A stretch of DNA of 64,000 nt from the NCBI GenBank assembly GCA_010093605.1, contig MU004187.1:1496018-1560017 (forward strand). The letters are read 5' to 3'. The notes under the pieces were generated by a model. It had not been told where the DNA came from, did no database searches, and worked only from the letters and a program-made list of their open reading frames with translations. Numbering within the stretch: the first letter of the stretch is position 1; the number at the start of each line of letters is the position of its first letter. The position numbers and the translations under genes are program-made. The stretch comes from Lophium mytilinum. Lineage: Eukaryota. Below, piece by piece: positions 1-11,846 of the stretch.

Positions 1-1442
1 TCCCAGGTGCTGCAGGACCTCTAGGCCTGAAAGGGGTTCCCGCAGACACCTGGAAGCAGATGCTAGACCTAGTCAACTGCAAAGTCTTATCCATCGTTGA
101 GTCCGAACATGTCGATGCCTACTTGCTCTCCGAGTCCAGCATGTTCGTGTGGCCACACAAGCTGGTTCTCAAGACTTGCGGCACCACTACTCTCCTCTGG
201 GGTCTTCCACGTATGTTGGAGATTGCTGCACTTGATGCAGGATTTCCCCATGTCACTGCTCAGCCTACTAGGGGAATCGCGGCGGCTGCTACCCCGTACC
301 GCGTCTTCTACAGCCGAAAGAACTTCCTTTACCCAGACCAGCAGCGTGGACCTCACCGAAGCTGGCGCGACGAGGTTAGGTTCTTGGACCAGAGGTTCCA
401 GGGCGGTAGTGCATACATGATTGGCAAAATGAATGGAGAACATTGGTACCTCTATATCACCGGTCCGGACACCAAACTCACGCCGCCTTCTACTCCGGAT
501 CGAGAGTTCATGGACATCCCGGTGACAGAGACCAAGATAATCGACCATCCTCAGCGGTTGTTGGTCGCGAAAGGAGATGAGACGCAAGACGAGACTCTGG
601 AAGTTCTCATGACTGATCTCGATGAGCAGAATGCACGTCAATTCTATCTCGAGGACGCGAGTGCGGTCGCGGAAGGTCGGTTCTTCCAGAAAGCTCGTGA
701 TGCGCGTAAGAATGCAATCAACAGTTTGGGTGTAATCCCCGAAGAGAAAGGGTCAAGCGGCAGTCTAGGAGGTAGCACTCTTCCCAACACTCGTGCGCAT
801 TCCGAGGACAGCTTTGATGTTTTTGAGCAAACATCTTCGGATCACTCTGGATTTAGCTCGGATGACGATGATCTAACTTTCCCCGAGGAGCTTACAACTG
901 AAGGTCATACGCTCGGCACTGTTGTCTCCGAAACCTGCGGTCTGGCCGACGTCTACCCGACTGCTAAGTATCCGGATGCTCGTATCGACGCATACCTTTT
1001 CACTCCCTGTGGATTCTCTGCCAATGGTGTTATTCCTGCTCCTGGTGGGACTGTCAACACCAACGGCAAAGGTTCTGATGGATCGAATGCCACTCACTAT
1101 TTCACTGTCCACGTTACTCCTGAACCGCAGTGCAGCTATGCTAGCTTCGAAACCAACGTCCCAGCGCGGCAAAGCGGTCGTGAGACGGCAGAAGTTGTGG
1201 AGCATGTTGTCGATATTTTCAAACCTGGTCGTTTCAGTGTCACCATCTTCGAAACTAAGCCAGCCGATGAGGCCCACTACCAGGACGCAGTGAAGAGGAC
1301 GAGCAGAATGGATTGCATCAAGGGATATCGTCGTGTCGATCGCATTGTCCATGACTTGGATGGCTACGATCTAGTGTTCCGCTACTACGAGAGGGACGAC
1401 TGGAAGGGTGGCAAGCCTAGGCTTGGCGAGATGGATTACTAG
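1..1442 (+). CDS. SPE2: S-adenosylmethionine decarboxylase proenzyme (5' end outside window)
   Basis: The frame is open from base 3 (PGAAGPLGLKGVPADTWKQM...). It contains YLLSESSMFV (E/S autocleavage, pyruvoyl site), LKTCGTT, FTPCGFSANG and TVHVTPEPQCSYASFETN. Confidence 0.95.
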   Translation, partial: PGAAGPLGLKGVPADTWKQMLDLVNCKVLSIVESEHVDAYLLSESSMFVWPHKLVLKTCGTTTLLWGLPRMLEIAALDAGFPHVTAQPTRGIAAAATPYRVFYSRKNFLYPDQQRGPHRSWRDEVRFLDQRFQGGSAYMIGKMNGEHWYLYITGPDTKLTPPSTPDREFMDIPVTETKIIDHPQRLLVAKGDETQDETLEVLMTDLDEQNARQFYLEDASAVAEGRFFQKARDARKNAINSLGVIPEEKGSSGSLGGSTLPNTRAHSEDSFDVFEQTSSDHSGFSSDDDDLTFPEELTTEGHTLGTVVSETCGLADVYPTAKYPDARIDAYLFTPCGFSANGVIPAPGGTVNTNGKGSDGSNATHYFTVHVTPEPQCSYASFETNVPARQSGRETAEVVEHVVDIFKPGRFSVTIFETKPADEAHYQDAVKRTSRMDCIKGYRRVDRIVHDLDGYDLVFRYYERDDWKGGKPRLGEMDY

Positions 1443-1977
1443 AGGAGCATCTTGCAGCAGAGGGGTTGAAGTAGACTAAATTGCGAGTACACACAGGTTG
1501 ATTTTCTGTTCTAATGTTCCTTCCCCTTTTCATTTCCAACTCATACTCTCCCTCAAATATGTGCATTGTTCTCATCACGGCCTCCATCATGACTTTCAGC
1601 TCGTTTTGTTCGTGCGGAAATAGCCTTAGTTTCCTTCCACATCCAATTGCGAACTTCCTAGATCTCGAAACCGCATTCTATGTTGTGGTGACAATCCCAT
1701 GAAATCCTCGCCGGAGAGTGTTCTTTGTGAGCATTGTGGAGAGCAATATTGCTCCGGGCAAGCAGGAAAACACTACATCCACAGCCATCTCCAAGGCCAC
1801 TATGAACATCATTGTACGGGCATTGTATTCAGATGCGAAATCATACCTAAGGTCTCCAGGCACACCAGTTAGCCATTCTCTTACCCAGACACCGCAACCT
1901 CCAATCTCAACTTCCCATAAACAAGCTACCACTGCCAAGTTGCAGACACCCACATTCACACCGCAGAGCGTACCAGG

Positions 1978-2241
1978 ATGGCCTCCCCTCAGCAAACTCA
2001 AGCAGAACAACAGCAAGATCCTGCCACAACTGGACAGAATTCCGCTACGACATGGCGAGTCCCCACCTCTACTGCAACAAAGCACCGCAATAATGAAAAT
2101 TATGTCTTCGATGCTATGATGCATGCGCGATGGGAGAAAGACAAGAATGATTCGGTGGCGAAGGCGTGGCACGATAGGGAGGTGTGGAAGATAAAAAGTG
2201 ATGCCCATGGGGAGGAGCGGGGACTCTATTGGCGTGGTTGA
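1978..2241 (+). CDS. small hypothetical protein (87 aa), paralogue of the 2680-3213 ORF
   Basis: Shares a NENY..DA.MH..WEKDK.D.VA.AW..R block with the downstream ORF. Confidence 0.55.
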   Translation: MASPQQTQAEQQQDPATTGQNSATTWRVPTSTATKHRNNENYVFDAMMHARWEKDKNDSVAKAWHDREVWKIKSDAHGEERGLYWRG

Positions 2242-2679
2242 GAATTAGACTCCGTAGACCGCTAGGGGGCTAGATGATTGTTGATGATGTTGTCTGAGTA
2301 CCCCGAGGTGATTCGGACGCAAACTTTGTCTCCCAAAGACGTCTTTGGGGCAAAGCAGACATTGCTGAGTATGTGCTCTCCGGCATGACGACCTAGCACA
2401 GTAACGAGTAGAGATCATTTGTTGATCGTTTGTGAGTACTAAGAAGAACAATGTTGCTTCATCGAGGCAGCCAAAGCACAACATCAAGTACTCATCACAT
2501 CACCAGCACCATTGTACCTCCAACATTGTATCTCAACACTTTCAATATAAAAGACCCTTGCTCCACGCACTATTCGAATCGCCAAAACCCCAACCCCGAA
2601 ACCTTCATCTCATCCTCATTTCTCTATACAGAATACCACCCAACTTCCATAACAGACTCAACAAGCAGGTCTCACCAAT

Positions 2680-3213
2680 ATGGCTCACGGCGGCAAGAAA
2701 GTGGCTGCAAAACAGCAACAAGCGCCTGCAAAATGGCAACAAGCAGCTGGAAAACGGCAACAAGCGACTGCAGCCAAGAATGTTCCTGCTAAGACCCAGC
2801 AGGGTACCACAGCCCCCGAAGCACGCAAGAAAAGCCGAGCAACAGCTGAAGCCAATGCCCTCGACAACAGCTTCATCGACCTCGAAAATCTCGATTGGAT
2901 CACAGAAGGCTTCTGGGGTCTCCCGCCCGATTATCGCGGCGAGACGACCGACGTTGATCCCAATGAGCGACATCAGCAAGATCAGACCGTCCGCTCAGAT
3001 GACGAGGGTGACGAGTTCAATTGGCATTATGGTCCGCAAAAGCCTGTCGATAATGAGAATTATTTGACGGATGCGGCAATGCATGTCCTCTGGGAGAAGG
3101 ATAAAAAGGATCCTGTGGCGAGCGCGTGGTATGCCAGGCAGACCACGGAATTGAGCCATTCCAAGTTCATTGGGAGTGGTGCGGGAACGAGGGATCCGTA
3201 TGCGCGGTCGTAG
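2680..3213 (+). CDS. hypothetical protein (177 aa), Q/A/K-rich N-terminus, paralogue of the 1978-2241 ORF
   Basis: Shares the conserved C-terminal block with the upstream ORF and has short 21-bp tandem repeats (QQA.AK) at ~2717-2775. Confidence 0.6.
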   Translation: MAHGGKKVAAKQQQAPAKWQQAAGKRQQATAAKNVPAKTQQGTTAPEARKKSRATAEANALDNSFIDLENLDWITEGFWGLPPDYRGETTDVDPNERHQQDQTVRSDDEGDEFNWHYGPQKPVDNENYLTDAAMHVLWEKDKKDPVASAWYARQTTELSHSKFIGSGAGTRDPYARS

Positions 3214-3641
3214 GGCTAACTGAGGTTGGCGCTGCAGTCTATGGTCGGTGGACGAACATGAACAGTCTTCCTCCATCTACTCCTCCTTAACGGACTGATC
3301 ACGAGCAGTGCAGTCAACCCTGGATCTTGCCGATCATTGTCTTCGCCTCGGCTACTCCCACACTACACGTTAGTGAGTAGGTGTTTACTAGGTCGAAGAC
3401 CTGGTACTGTACATGAGGGGAGATCACTTGTTGATCTCGTCTAAAATCAAAATAGAATGAACGTTGAAAACGCATGGAACACGGCCCAAAATTTGTAAGT
3501 AAAGTCTATGAAGAACGAAAGTGATAGTAAAGTAAGTGCAGCTGGATGATACTGATTTGTCAATGATACTGAATAGTCAAGTGCTCGTCGTCCGCCGGGC
3601 ATCTTTAGTGGGCCCTACTCCGTCCTCTCCATCTAAGCCTC

Positions 3642-6104
3642 TCAAAAACTCCACTGAAAGTCCTCAGGCTTAAGCCCCTTCGCGCAATCCAGTAGCGCTT
3701 TTCGCCCAAGCCTGAGCTCCCCAAAACCTTCAACAGACCCCAGACTGCGCCTCTTAGGAACCTCATTTTTCCAAGCATCCACAATTTCCATCGCTATGCC
3801 CACACCCAAGACTCCTGAGCCTAAGTCAACACTGCAGGCCGGGTTACCATCCTTGTGGCAGTTTCGCCACAACTGCATGTACCTCTCCAGTACTTTCACG
3901 CAAAGCAAATAGACTGCGAACCAGTTCGTACGGATGAGCGGGAAGGGACCGAAATAGAACTCAGCCTCTGCAATGCCGTGAAGCTTTTCTAGAGTGCGTG
4001 GTACAGCTAATGATGGGAACACAAGTTAGCTGATACTCTTCGAAAGGGGGAACACACAATCGGACTTTACTTACTCATTAAGCAGGCGGGCCAACGGACA
4101 TCTGCATCCGTCTCCCGTACCCATCTTTCCTGTGCTTTTTTAGCACCCTTTTTGGTCTCTCCTTCCCCGTATATTTGACATTTCACCGAGTCGTCTGTGA
4201 GATATCTCGTTTTGTTTACATGGTAGAACGTTGATTGTCTCTTTTTCATCTCGAAATGCCCATCGTTCTCGCTATAGCACGGGAACATGGTTGGCAGCTT
4301 CTTACGGTTAGGCTTTTTCGAATCCATCGTGCTTTGGCCAACAGAAGCTACCAGGTTCTCTGCGAAGTTAGACTCGGGGCGCTTGTCGTGGAAACAGAGA
4401 TCCTCGAGAGACCCGCAGAGTAGTTCGAGTAGTGTATACTCCGCTGGATTGACCATTTTGATATGAACGAGGACATTGTAGAGATGCAGGACTGCGGTGA
4501 TGACACCGTAGTGCTTGATCAAGGGAAAGCTAAAATGGTATGCCTCTGCGAGAATCTCCGAAATATGCGTGCCTGCTACCCAGGGCGACCGGAAATAAAG
4601 ATCGAATCGTTTGTCAGAGAGATAGGGAGTCAAGAAAGCCGAAAAGTCGTGTAGCCGTCCGAGGTGCTGTGTCGAATGGTGATCGAGTAGGGGTCGCACC
4701 GAGTTCTGAAGGCCCTTTGCAAACCTCAAGAACGTGATCCGACAATCGACCGCTGGTGAATCCTGGGTTGTTGCAAGGTAGGTGCTGAAGATAGAGAGCC
4801 AGAGCTGTATTCCTATGACGAGATCGGTGCCTTTTATCGCCGGATTGGCGACATATTTATTGAAGGGCGTCTGCACAGGGTTTCCCGGTCTACCTTTATA
4901 GCTAGCCATGGTGGCAAGCATAAGACGCATACAATGCTTGTTCTTCTCATCACCCGACACGTGTTTGAATGGTAAGCTCCCGATTGGAACTATGTCTTTG
5001 GGGTTTTCGATCTGGATACTCCCGGAAGCTGATTTCTGACGCGCTTGCCCTGCTTGGCTTTGGAATTCTTGCAGTACGTTGAAAGCCTCTTCACATCCAA
5101 AAAGGTCCAAGCCCCCATCAGCGGTAGTGCCTTCGTATAGATCGAGTGTTCCGCCAATCTCATCTAGGGATGATATCAGCTCCCTGCGTAGATGGAGGAA
5201 GCTTTCATGGTTCTGAATCCCATACAGCTCGGGGAGCGATGTATTAGTTATATTGTGCACCGAGGTGTATGCCACATTCGTGAGCCACGTCTTGATGATC
5301 AGGTCCCAAGGGCCTGAGTGAGGCCTCTCCCAAACTCTGATTATTTCGTCAAACATCTCTTTGAGCTCCTATCAAGTATAATTAGTAATGGTTAACCTGT
5401 CATACGTGGTAGGCTAAAGAACTGCTTCGTCGCTATACTTACCGACTGATAGTCATAAAAGAACTTGCGCCTGCGGTGGATTGCCAGAAATTCTTCAATA
5501 AAGGCTGCCCCATCCTCGTCGTCGGCAATGAAGCCTTGTCTTCGAAGGTCCTCTTCGAGTAAGACTCTGAGTGGCTTCTTTCCATACAAATGCTGCTCCT
5601 CTTCTTCGTCGACAAGGTCTTCGAAATCAAGAACCTCGTACAGATTGGCTACAATGTTTGTCTCTCCGGGAGCACTCTGATCTGAAACTATAGCGGAGCG
5701 TCTCACGGTGGGAAACAAAATACCAAAGATCTTGTTCAGTCTAAGGTATCTCGTGAGCGGTTTCGTCTAGAGCAAAGGCGAATATGCTTCAAATTGACTT
5801 ACAGCTTTGTGAAATGCTCATGCGCGGCGGTACTATCATCATCCGTTTCTGGACCGCCGCTTTTGTGAAGCTTCGTAAGCAGGGTTCTATTAGAGATAGC
5901 ATCTCGGAATGCCCAATATATGGCAGAGGGAATCTCAGTCTTTGCTGCGCGAACAGTCTCAGCTGCAGCGACCATCTCTTTGAGAGACAATGATGACACT
6001 TCTGTAGAGGCTCTGGTGGACGACTTGAGCCATTTAATGATAGCAGAAGTGCTTTTTTTATAAGAGCGGTATAAATCCGGCGCTGAATGAGGGGGACATG
6101 TCAT
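3642..6104 (-). CDS. DUF6604-like fungal protein, ~4 exons
   Basis: The N-terminus MTCPPHSAPDLYRSYKKSTSAIIKWL...AISNR...HEHFTKL|LNKIFGIL matches the DUF6604 pattern (Y..YK..T.....WL; H.HF...L). Introns at ~5802-5741, ~5442-5370 and ~4075-4008 join ORFs 5392-5718, 4067-5356 and 3642-4022. Confidence 0.7.
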
Positions 6105-6886
6105 AATGGCTACTCCGGAGAAAGTATTATTACAATAACCTAGGGGGGCGGGTGGTGGTGGTGGTGGTGTGCGGTTAGTGGATGCGATTTGCAATTGTGA
6201 GAAGCAGAGAGAGCATTATTATAGCGCTTTATAGCGGCGCGGAGAACTTTTAGGAATTGGTGAATGATGGCAAGGTAAAAGGGTGAATTGATTGACGAGG
6301 TGGAATGAACAGTACTACGGGCAATTGATCGATCACATACTCCCAGATTCCGAGCGAGATTGAAGTTTATGGTCCTATTACCTACAGAGATGTCACTAAC
6401 CACTCTACACGCCCGAATACGTTGACTTGTAAGTGAATAGATTACAGTATGTTCTAAGGGAAACCTTTAGCAAGCTTACCTTTGTCTCAGAGGCCACAAA
6501 CCAAGAAAATACCCCCTCATTCCTTTCACTAGTAACTAGTCATAGTGGGGCTTACGGGAGGAGCTGTAGTGGAACTATGACTATGTGAAATGCATTCTAC
6601 GCTCAGGCGGAGATACGAGCAGTTTGAACCCAACTAGTCGAAGCATTTCAGAATGATAGACCCCACAAAGAAACAAAGGAACAAGTAATCTTGAGTGAGC
6701 TATACTATACTCATTAAGTAAGTTGGATGGAGCAGAGCTGTAGGTATGTATGAAGCTATGACGCCGGATAGACTGAGTCGGGAAAGTCGTACGCTTCTTT
6801 GAAACTCATCAACTCCAAAAAAAGCCCCAATGAAAATCGTAGCAACTTTGACCCACATGATACAGGTACAGAAACCGTACGTGTCT

Positions 6887-8539
6887 CTAGGATGCCGCAA
6901 CCGGTTCCGTGGGCTTCTCCGCTTGCTCAGAGTCTGTCTCGTTCAAGGACATGCTGCCCATCTCCTGGGAGGCTTGTTCTAAGAACGAGTCCTCCTCCGT
7001 AGTAGAAGCTTTCTGTGCCGCTTCGGCGTCTCGTATCTTCTGCTCTTCCAGTCGATTCCTCTCTGTTTCAGCTCTCTTCTTTTCCTTCCTCTCCTGGTCC
7101 AACTTCTCCAGTTCTTCGAGTCGGACTCTCGTCTGCTCCGCTTCTTCCTGCTCCCTCTTTTCCCTCGTCTCCCTTTCTATCTTCTCCTGTTTCTCCCTCT
7201 CCACTCTCTCCAAGGCCTCAAACTCTTCATCAACCTCGGTCTCATCCACAACGCCCTCCTGGCCAACCTCGTTGATGATGCCAGAAACCTCATCGACCTT
7301 GCTCATCTCCTCTTTCAGCGCATCAACAACACCCTCGACACCTTCCGCACCTCCGATTTCTTTGTTAAGTCCCTTTAGAACAGTCGAGCTAGCCTCCATA
7401 ACTTTGATAATCTCAACCTGGTCAGCCGCTTGCTCTATCTTGGCAAACACCTCCTCTAGCTGGGCAAGGGTATCTGTGCGACGGACAAGCGTAGCTTCGG
7501 CTAGTTTCTTTGAGCGCAGCGCACTCTTTGCTGCTGTCATAGTCTTCGAGGCTACAGCAGCTCGGGCAGTCGCATCGAGTGTCGCTATCCGCGCAGTCAA
7601 GGGCGGTATTTGAGTGTTCATTGAGGATATGAGATCGCGCAGGTTGGCGATCGTAGCATCTTGGTGGGTGATTGGTGATGGTAGGGTGTGACTGTCTTGC
7701 TTGAACTTGACAGTTTTGGAGTCGAAGGATACAGATTGCTTATCTCGAGCAAGATGCGTGAGGAGTATATTGAGGTCGACCTGGGTGAGCGCATGGGAGG
7801 AGTCTAGTGTATTGGCGAATTCGGTAGCGAAGGTGCTGCGGGAGAAGACGAGGTCTACATTCGACTTGCGAGAGGACATTTGTTTGAGGACATTGGAAGC
7901 GGCGGCCTTTAAGAATTAGCAGCTGTAGTACGACAGAGTCCAGCGCGGATTATACCTCAACATTAGCCATGACTACAAAGTTTCCAACAGCTAGCCTGTC
8001 CTGAGATCCTGGAGCTCCAATCACTCCGAGCTGCCGTAGTCCCCATGATATCACCTGCCGTGGCGTTGGAACCCAACTCCGGTTATAGATACTCGTCTTC
8101 GATGCTAGAAATTCGTTCAGAGGAACCATTTCTTTCTTCGATACCGCGTCTCCCTTCGAATCTGTCAGATTTGCACAGGCGCTGTGCAGGAGTAACTCAC
8201 TATCACCACTCCCAAGGCCATAGGTCGTCCATATTCGTTGCTAGCAAGCGCTCTCGATAGCTCGTCGCCTGTGCGGATCGTGAGGAGATCGTGTGCGGCG
8301 CCCTGACATGGAATCACTCCAGCGCGCGCTGCGTCCGCGAGCGCCTTTTTCCAGGCGGCTATATTGGCATAGTAGCCATCGGGGTTGGTGTGGATCTGAG
8401 AGCGGAAGTCCGAATACAGCGACGCAAGGCGACCGCGGCTGGGGTCGAGATCAGCATGAAATCCTTTGAGTGAGTTTAATCATCATTACCTTTGAAATGC
8501 TTCTTCATGGTCGAGAATAAAGGATAGTAGCTCATTCAT
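6887..8539 (-). CDS. CHM7: CHMP7/Chm7-type ESCRT-II/III hybrid protein (winged-helix plus Snf7 domain), multi-exon
   Basis: Starts MNELLSFILDHEEAFQ, followed by RLASLYSDF...NPDGYYANIAAWKKAL. The C-terminal Snf7 coiled coil (AKSALRSKKLAE...IEQAADQVEII...DEEFEALE) is in ORF 6887-7879. Confidence 0.8.
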
Positions 8540-9142
8540 GGTCCGTGGCGGTTTGTTGACGGGGCGGGAGCGCTTCGCGTAGGTAGGGACAACATCGTCA
8601 CCGCCAAGCTTTCTTTTCATGGTGTCGGTGGTTACAAAGATCTACGATTACAGACAAGGAGCTGGTCATGGTGATAAGGGTACTGTGACCCGTCGTTCAC
8701 ATTCTACATTTTCCCCAGTCGGTGTTTCCACCATATTGATCGTGGTGAATGCCTCCGCCTTGCTCTGCCCCGCTAGTGGGGGTTGTCTGGGATATCGCTG
8801 CTATATCAGCGCCTATAAGCTTCTTGAGATAGCACGCGGGGCATAGAAAAGGTGGCACGCTTATGTCAATCAACCCGCGATGAATGTGTAGGCGTGTATG
8901 CCACTGCTTGGGTTGCCCCAATGCATTTTCAGAAACCAAAACGAGAGAGAAACCATTCACTTTGGGCCATCTGAAACCTCGTTAGGGCACTTCAAGCAGT
9001 GGTGGACAGGTGTACACGAGATAGAGTGCTTGAAGGGTGTGCCACTTTTTTCATGCCCAGCATGGATGGATAGCTCTCGTCTGATCCCAGGTATAACAGA
9101 ACGCCTCCGCCGTTTCATGCAATAGTGCGCTTAGAGTGCCCT

Positions 9143-10453
9143 TCAACCTTTCTTAACAATTTTAATTCCGCTCTTCTCCACCGCCGCTTTCATCTCCTCC
9201 ATATCCTCCATGTCTTCATCGTCACTATCAGCCGCCGTACCGCCACTACGAGGAGGAGGCTTCGCAGCTTGAGCCTCCGTAGTCTTCGAGATAAGAGTTT
9301 CCGCAGGCCTGGTAACTTCCTCAGTCGTTGGTTCTGTGCCACCGGCCTCCTTTCCCTCTTCTGCCCAAGCTTTTCTCTCCTCCTCGTCCAACTCCTCTCT
9401 CCGATCCAGCCATCGCTCCTGCACGTCTCGCGCGTCCATGGTCACGGCGTCCGACCGCATAGCGACCTCCCACACAGTATCATTTGCGCCGTTCTCGCCA
9501 CCAAAAGCATATCCACCCGTTCTGTCGATTGCTTTCAAAAGCGTCATCATCGACGTCTTGTCCTCCACGGCCAGAGTCTCAAAGCCAACAAGTGCATATT
9601 CCTCTACCAGCTCTACTACAGCTCTGTTCAGGGCTGCGAATTTGGATGGTGGAGGGTCTTCTTCGCCTTTCTCTCCTTCTTTCGCTTCTTTGCCCGAGCT
9701 TGGACGTGAAGCTTGCTCTGCGTCCAATATTGGGAGAAGATGTGATAGATCATGAACTTCAGTGTAGAAATCGAGGTTGAACGGTAGGTTCGGATGGTTG
9801 ATCAGATTGTCGATTTTGGTAAGGACATTCAGGGTCGGCAATTCGATCTGCAACATGCTACGAAGAGCAAGCAGCAAAGCGGATATGTAGGTAGAGGGTT
9901 GTGTGATAACATAAGAGTCAGTCAAGTTCATGAGTACGAGCTGTTGGAGATTAGCCTGAAGTACAACGACGGAAATGCATGAGGGATCAAAGGGAGGGCG
10001 GACTCTGTACCCGAGCTTTTGGAGGCGGTAGAAGATGTTCCGCAGCGAGGCATGATGCGTGAATAGTTCGACTTGGCCAGGGCAGTCGAAGAGTATGTAG
10101 TCATCTATCACATGAATTGTTAGCTGTTTCCATATCACTAGCGGGGATGCTGTTCTCCGCTCACCTCCGAGAGTCTTGAGGCCTTCCTCCAACCAGTCGA
10201 AATTAAGCTCAAGGTCCTCTAGAGCAAACAGAACACTCCCGTTTGGCCCCAGTTGCTCATCTTCCATTATGCTATCTAGACTGACAAGATCGCGAACGTC
10301 GAGAGCCACCGGGTAAGAGGTATGGTCGTTGGCGGGATCGAGGTTGACGACGGAGCACTTGCGCCCGACAGCTGTGAGGAACTGGTGCATTCCATCGCAG
10401 TAAGTAGACTTTCCAGAGCCCGGTGGCCCTATTACAAGCTGAGCGAAAGGCAT
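9143..10453 (-). CDS. GPN2: GPN-loop GTPase 2
   Basis: Contains MPFAQLVIGPPGSGKSTYC, VNLDPAND, LGPNG and FDCPGQVELFTHH. Two in-frame introns at 10164-10105 and 10003-9941. Confidence 0.93.
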   Translation of the reverse strand: MPFAQLVIGPPGSGKSTYCDGMHQFLTAVGRKCSVVNLDPANDHTSYPVALDVRDLVSLDSIMEDEQLGPNGSVLFALEDLELNFDWLEEGLKTLGGERRTASPLVIWKQLTIHVIDDYILFDCPGQVELFTHHASLRNIFYRLQKLGYRVRPPFDPSCISVVVLQANLQQLVLMNLTDSYVITQPSTYISALLLALRSMLQIELPTLNVLTKIDNLINHPNLPFNLDFYTEVHDLSHLLPILDAEQASRPSSGKEAKEGEKGEEDPPPSKFAALNRAVVELVEEYALVGFETLAVEDKTSMMTLLKAIDRTGGYAFGGENGANDTVWEVAMRSDAVTMDARDVQERWLDRREELDEEERKAWAEEGKEAGGTEPTTEEVTRPAETLISKTTEAQAAKPPPRSGGTAADSDDEDMEDMEEMKAAVEKSGIKIVKKG

Positions 10454-10619
10454 ATTCGATACTGTGGATGTTGTTGCAAGGGAGAGAATGGAAGACGGTG
10501 GGGCAAACAAAAGAGCTCAGCGCGGGCGGTGGCAGAAAACGCGACCTCGAATTCACGACCATTCCCTCTCACCTTTGGAAAGACCATCACATCCACGAGG
10601 TCCCCCCACAGTCGAAAAT

Positions 10620-11846
10620 ATGAGCAGCAGTAAGTCCAGCTTCTTCACCTCACCTCACTTCATCATCTCACTCTCACCCGTACCTCTCCTCCTTGTCCGC
10701 ACCACACATCACCAAAATGCCCACACTCGTTGACTTCGCGACAACAGGTGCGCAATTCGAGATCCCCGAGTTCGAGAACCCCACCGACGCCATCTCGTCC
10801 GTCAAGTTTTCACCCTACTCGAACCGGCTCCTTGTTGCTTCCTGGGACAAGCATGTGTACCTCTACGAGATCACCAGCGGCGTTGGAACCCTCGTAAACA
10901 AATTCGAACACCGTGCACCTGTCCTTGATGTCTGCTTCGGCAAAGATGACGATGAGGCCTTCACTTGCGGTCTGGACTGGGACATTCGACGGTGCTACGG
11001 GTCCTCTAGCCATGAGTTGCTACCGACCGCTGACTCGTCTTTAGACTCGACCTTACAACCGGCACCCAAACTGTTCTGAGCACCCACTCGGCGCCCGCGA
11101 ATCGCCTCGTCTACAGCAATGCGCGATCTCTCCTCGTCTCTACCTCCTGGGACTCGACCCTCCACTTCCACTCTCCGAGCGCCGATCAAAACCCGGCCTC
11201 CCTCACGCTCCCATCGAAAGCGTTCTCGCTCTCCCTAACCGCCACCAAGCTTGTGGTAGCTATGGCATCGCGTGCCCTCCACATATACGAGCTCAAGAAC
11301 TTACAGCTGCTTCTATCAGAATCTAGTGCTACTCAATCTGCTATGAGCACTATCGAAGCCGAACCATGGCAGCGTCGCGAAAGCTCCCTGAAGTACATGA
11401 CTCGCGCTGTCGCATGCATGCCCAACGACGCCGGCTACGCCTCGTCCAGCATCGAGGGCCGCGTTGCTGTCGAATGGTTCGATCCTTCTCCCGACTCACA
11501 AGCGCGCAAGTACGCCTTCAAGTGCCATCGTCAGACTGAGAATGGAAGCGACACCGTGTACCCCGTCCATGCGCTCGCATTCCACCCCGTGCACGGCACA
11601 TTCGCATCTGGAGGTGGCGACGGCATTGTGGCAATTTGGGACGCGGTGGGCAAGCGGAGGATTCGACAGTACCACAAGTTTCCGGCCAGTGTAGCCGCGA
11701 TCGATTTCTCTACAGATGGTAAGTTCTTAGCAGTTGCATGCAGCCCAGGCTTCGAGGATGGGAAGGACTTTGTTGCCGAGGGAAGCGTAAGCGTTGTCAT
11801 TAGAGAGCTTGGGGATCTGGAGACACAACCCAAGGCGCCGAGGTGA
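10620..11846 (+). CDS. BUB3: spindle checkpoint WD40 protein Bub3
   Basis: ATG at 10620 and intron 10630-10747 give MSSSAQFEI...PTDAISSVKFS. A second intron lies at ~10992-11044. Motifs: WQRRESSLKYMTR, SSIEGRVAVEWF, KYAFKCHR, YPVHALAFHP, GGGDG. Confidence 0.92.

Noticed and set aside
640..900. Ser/Asp-rich insertion within SPE2
   Set aside because: It is in frame and low-complexity, and such loops are usual in filamentous-fungal AdoMetDCs.
87..1352. Antisense and alternate-frame ORFs over SPE2, and similar ones over CHM7, GPN2, TSC1 and DCL1
   Set aside because: These are shadow ORFs of well-supported genes with no independent motifs.
5434..5444. ATACTTACC resembling the U1 snRNA 5' end
   Set aside because: It is the reverse complement of a minus-strand 5' splice site (GGTAAGTAT); no U1 body follows.
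6500..6556. GAAAATACCCC...GGGGCTTAC resembling RNase MRP CR-I/CR-V
   Set aside because: CR-I is mismatched and the spacing (~50 nt) is far too short.
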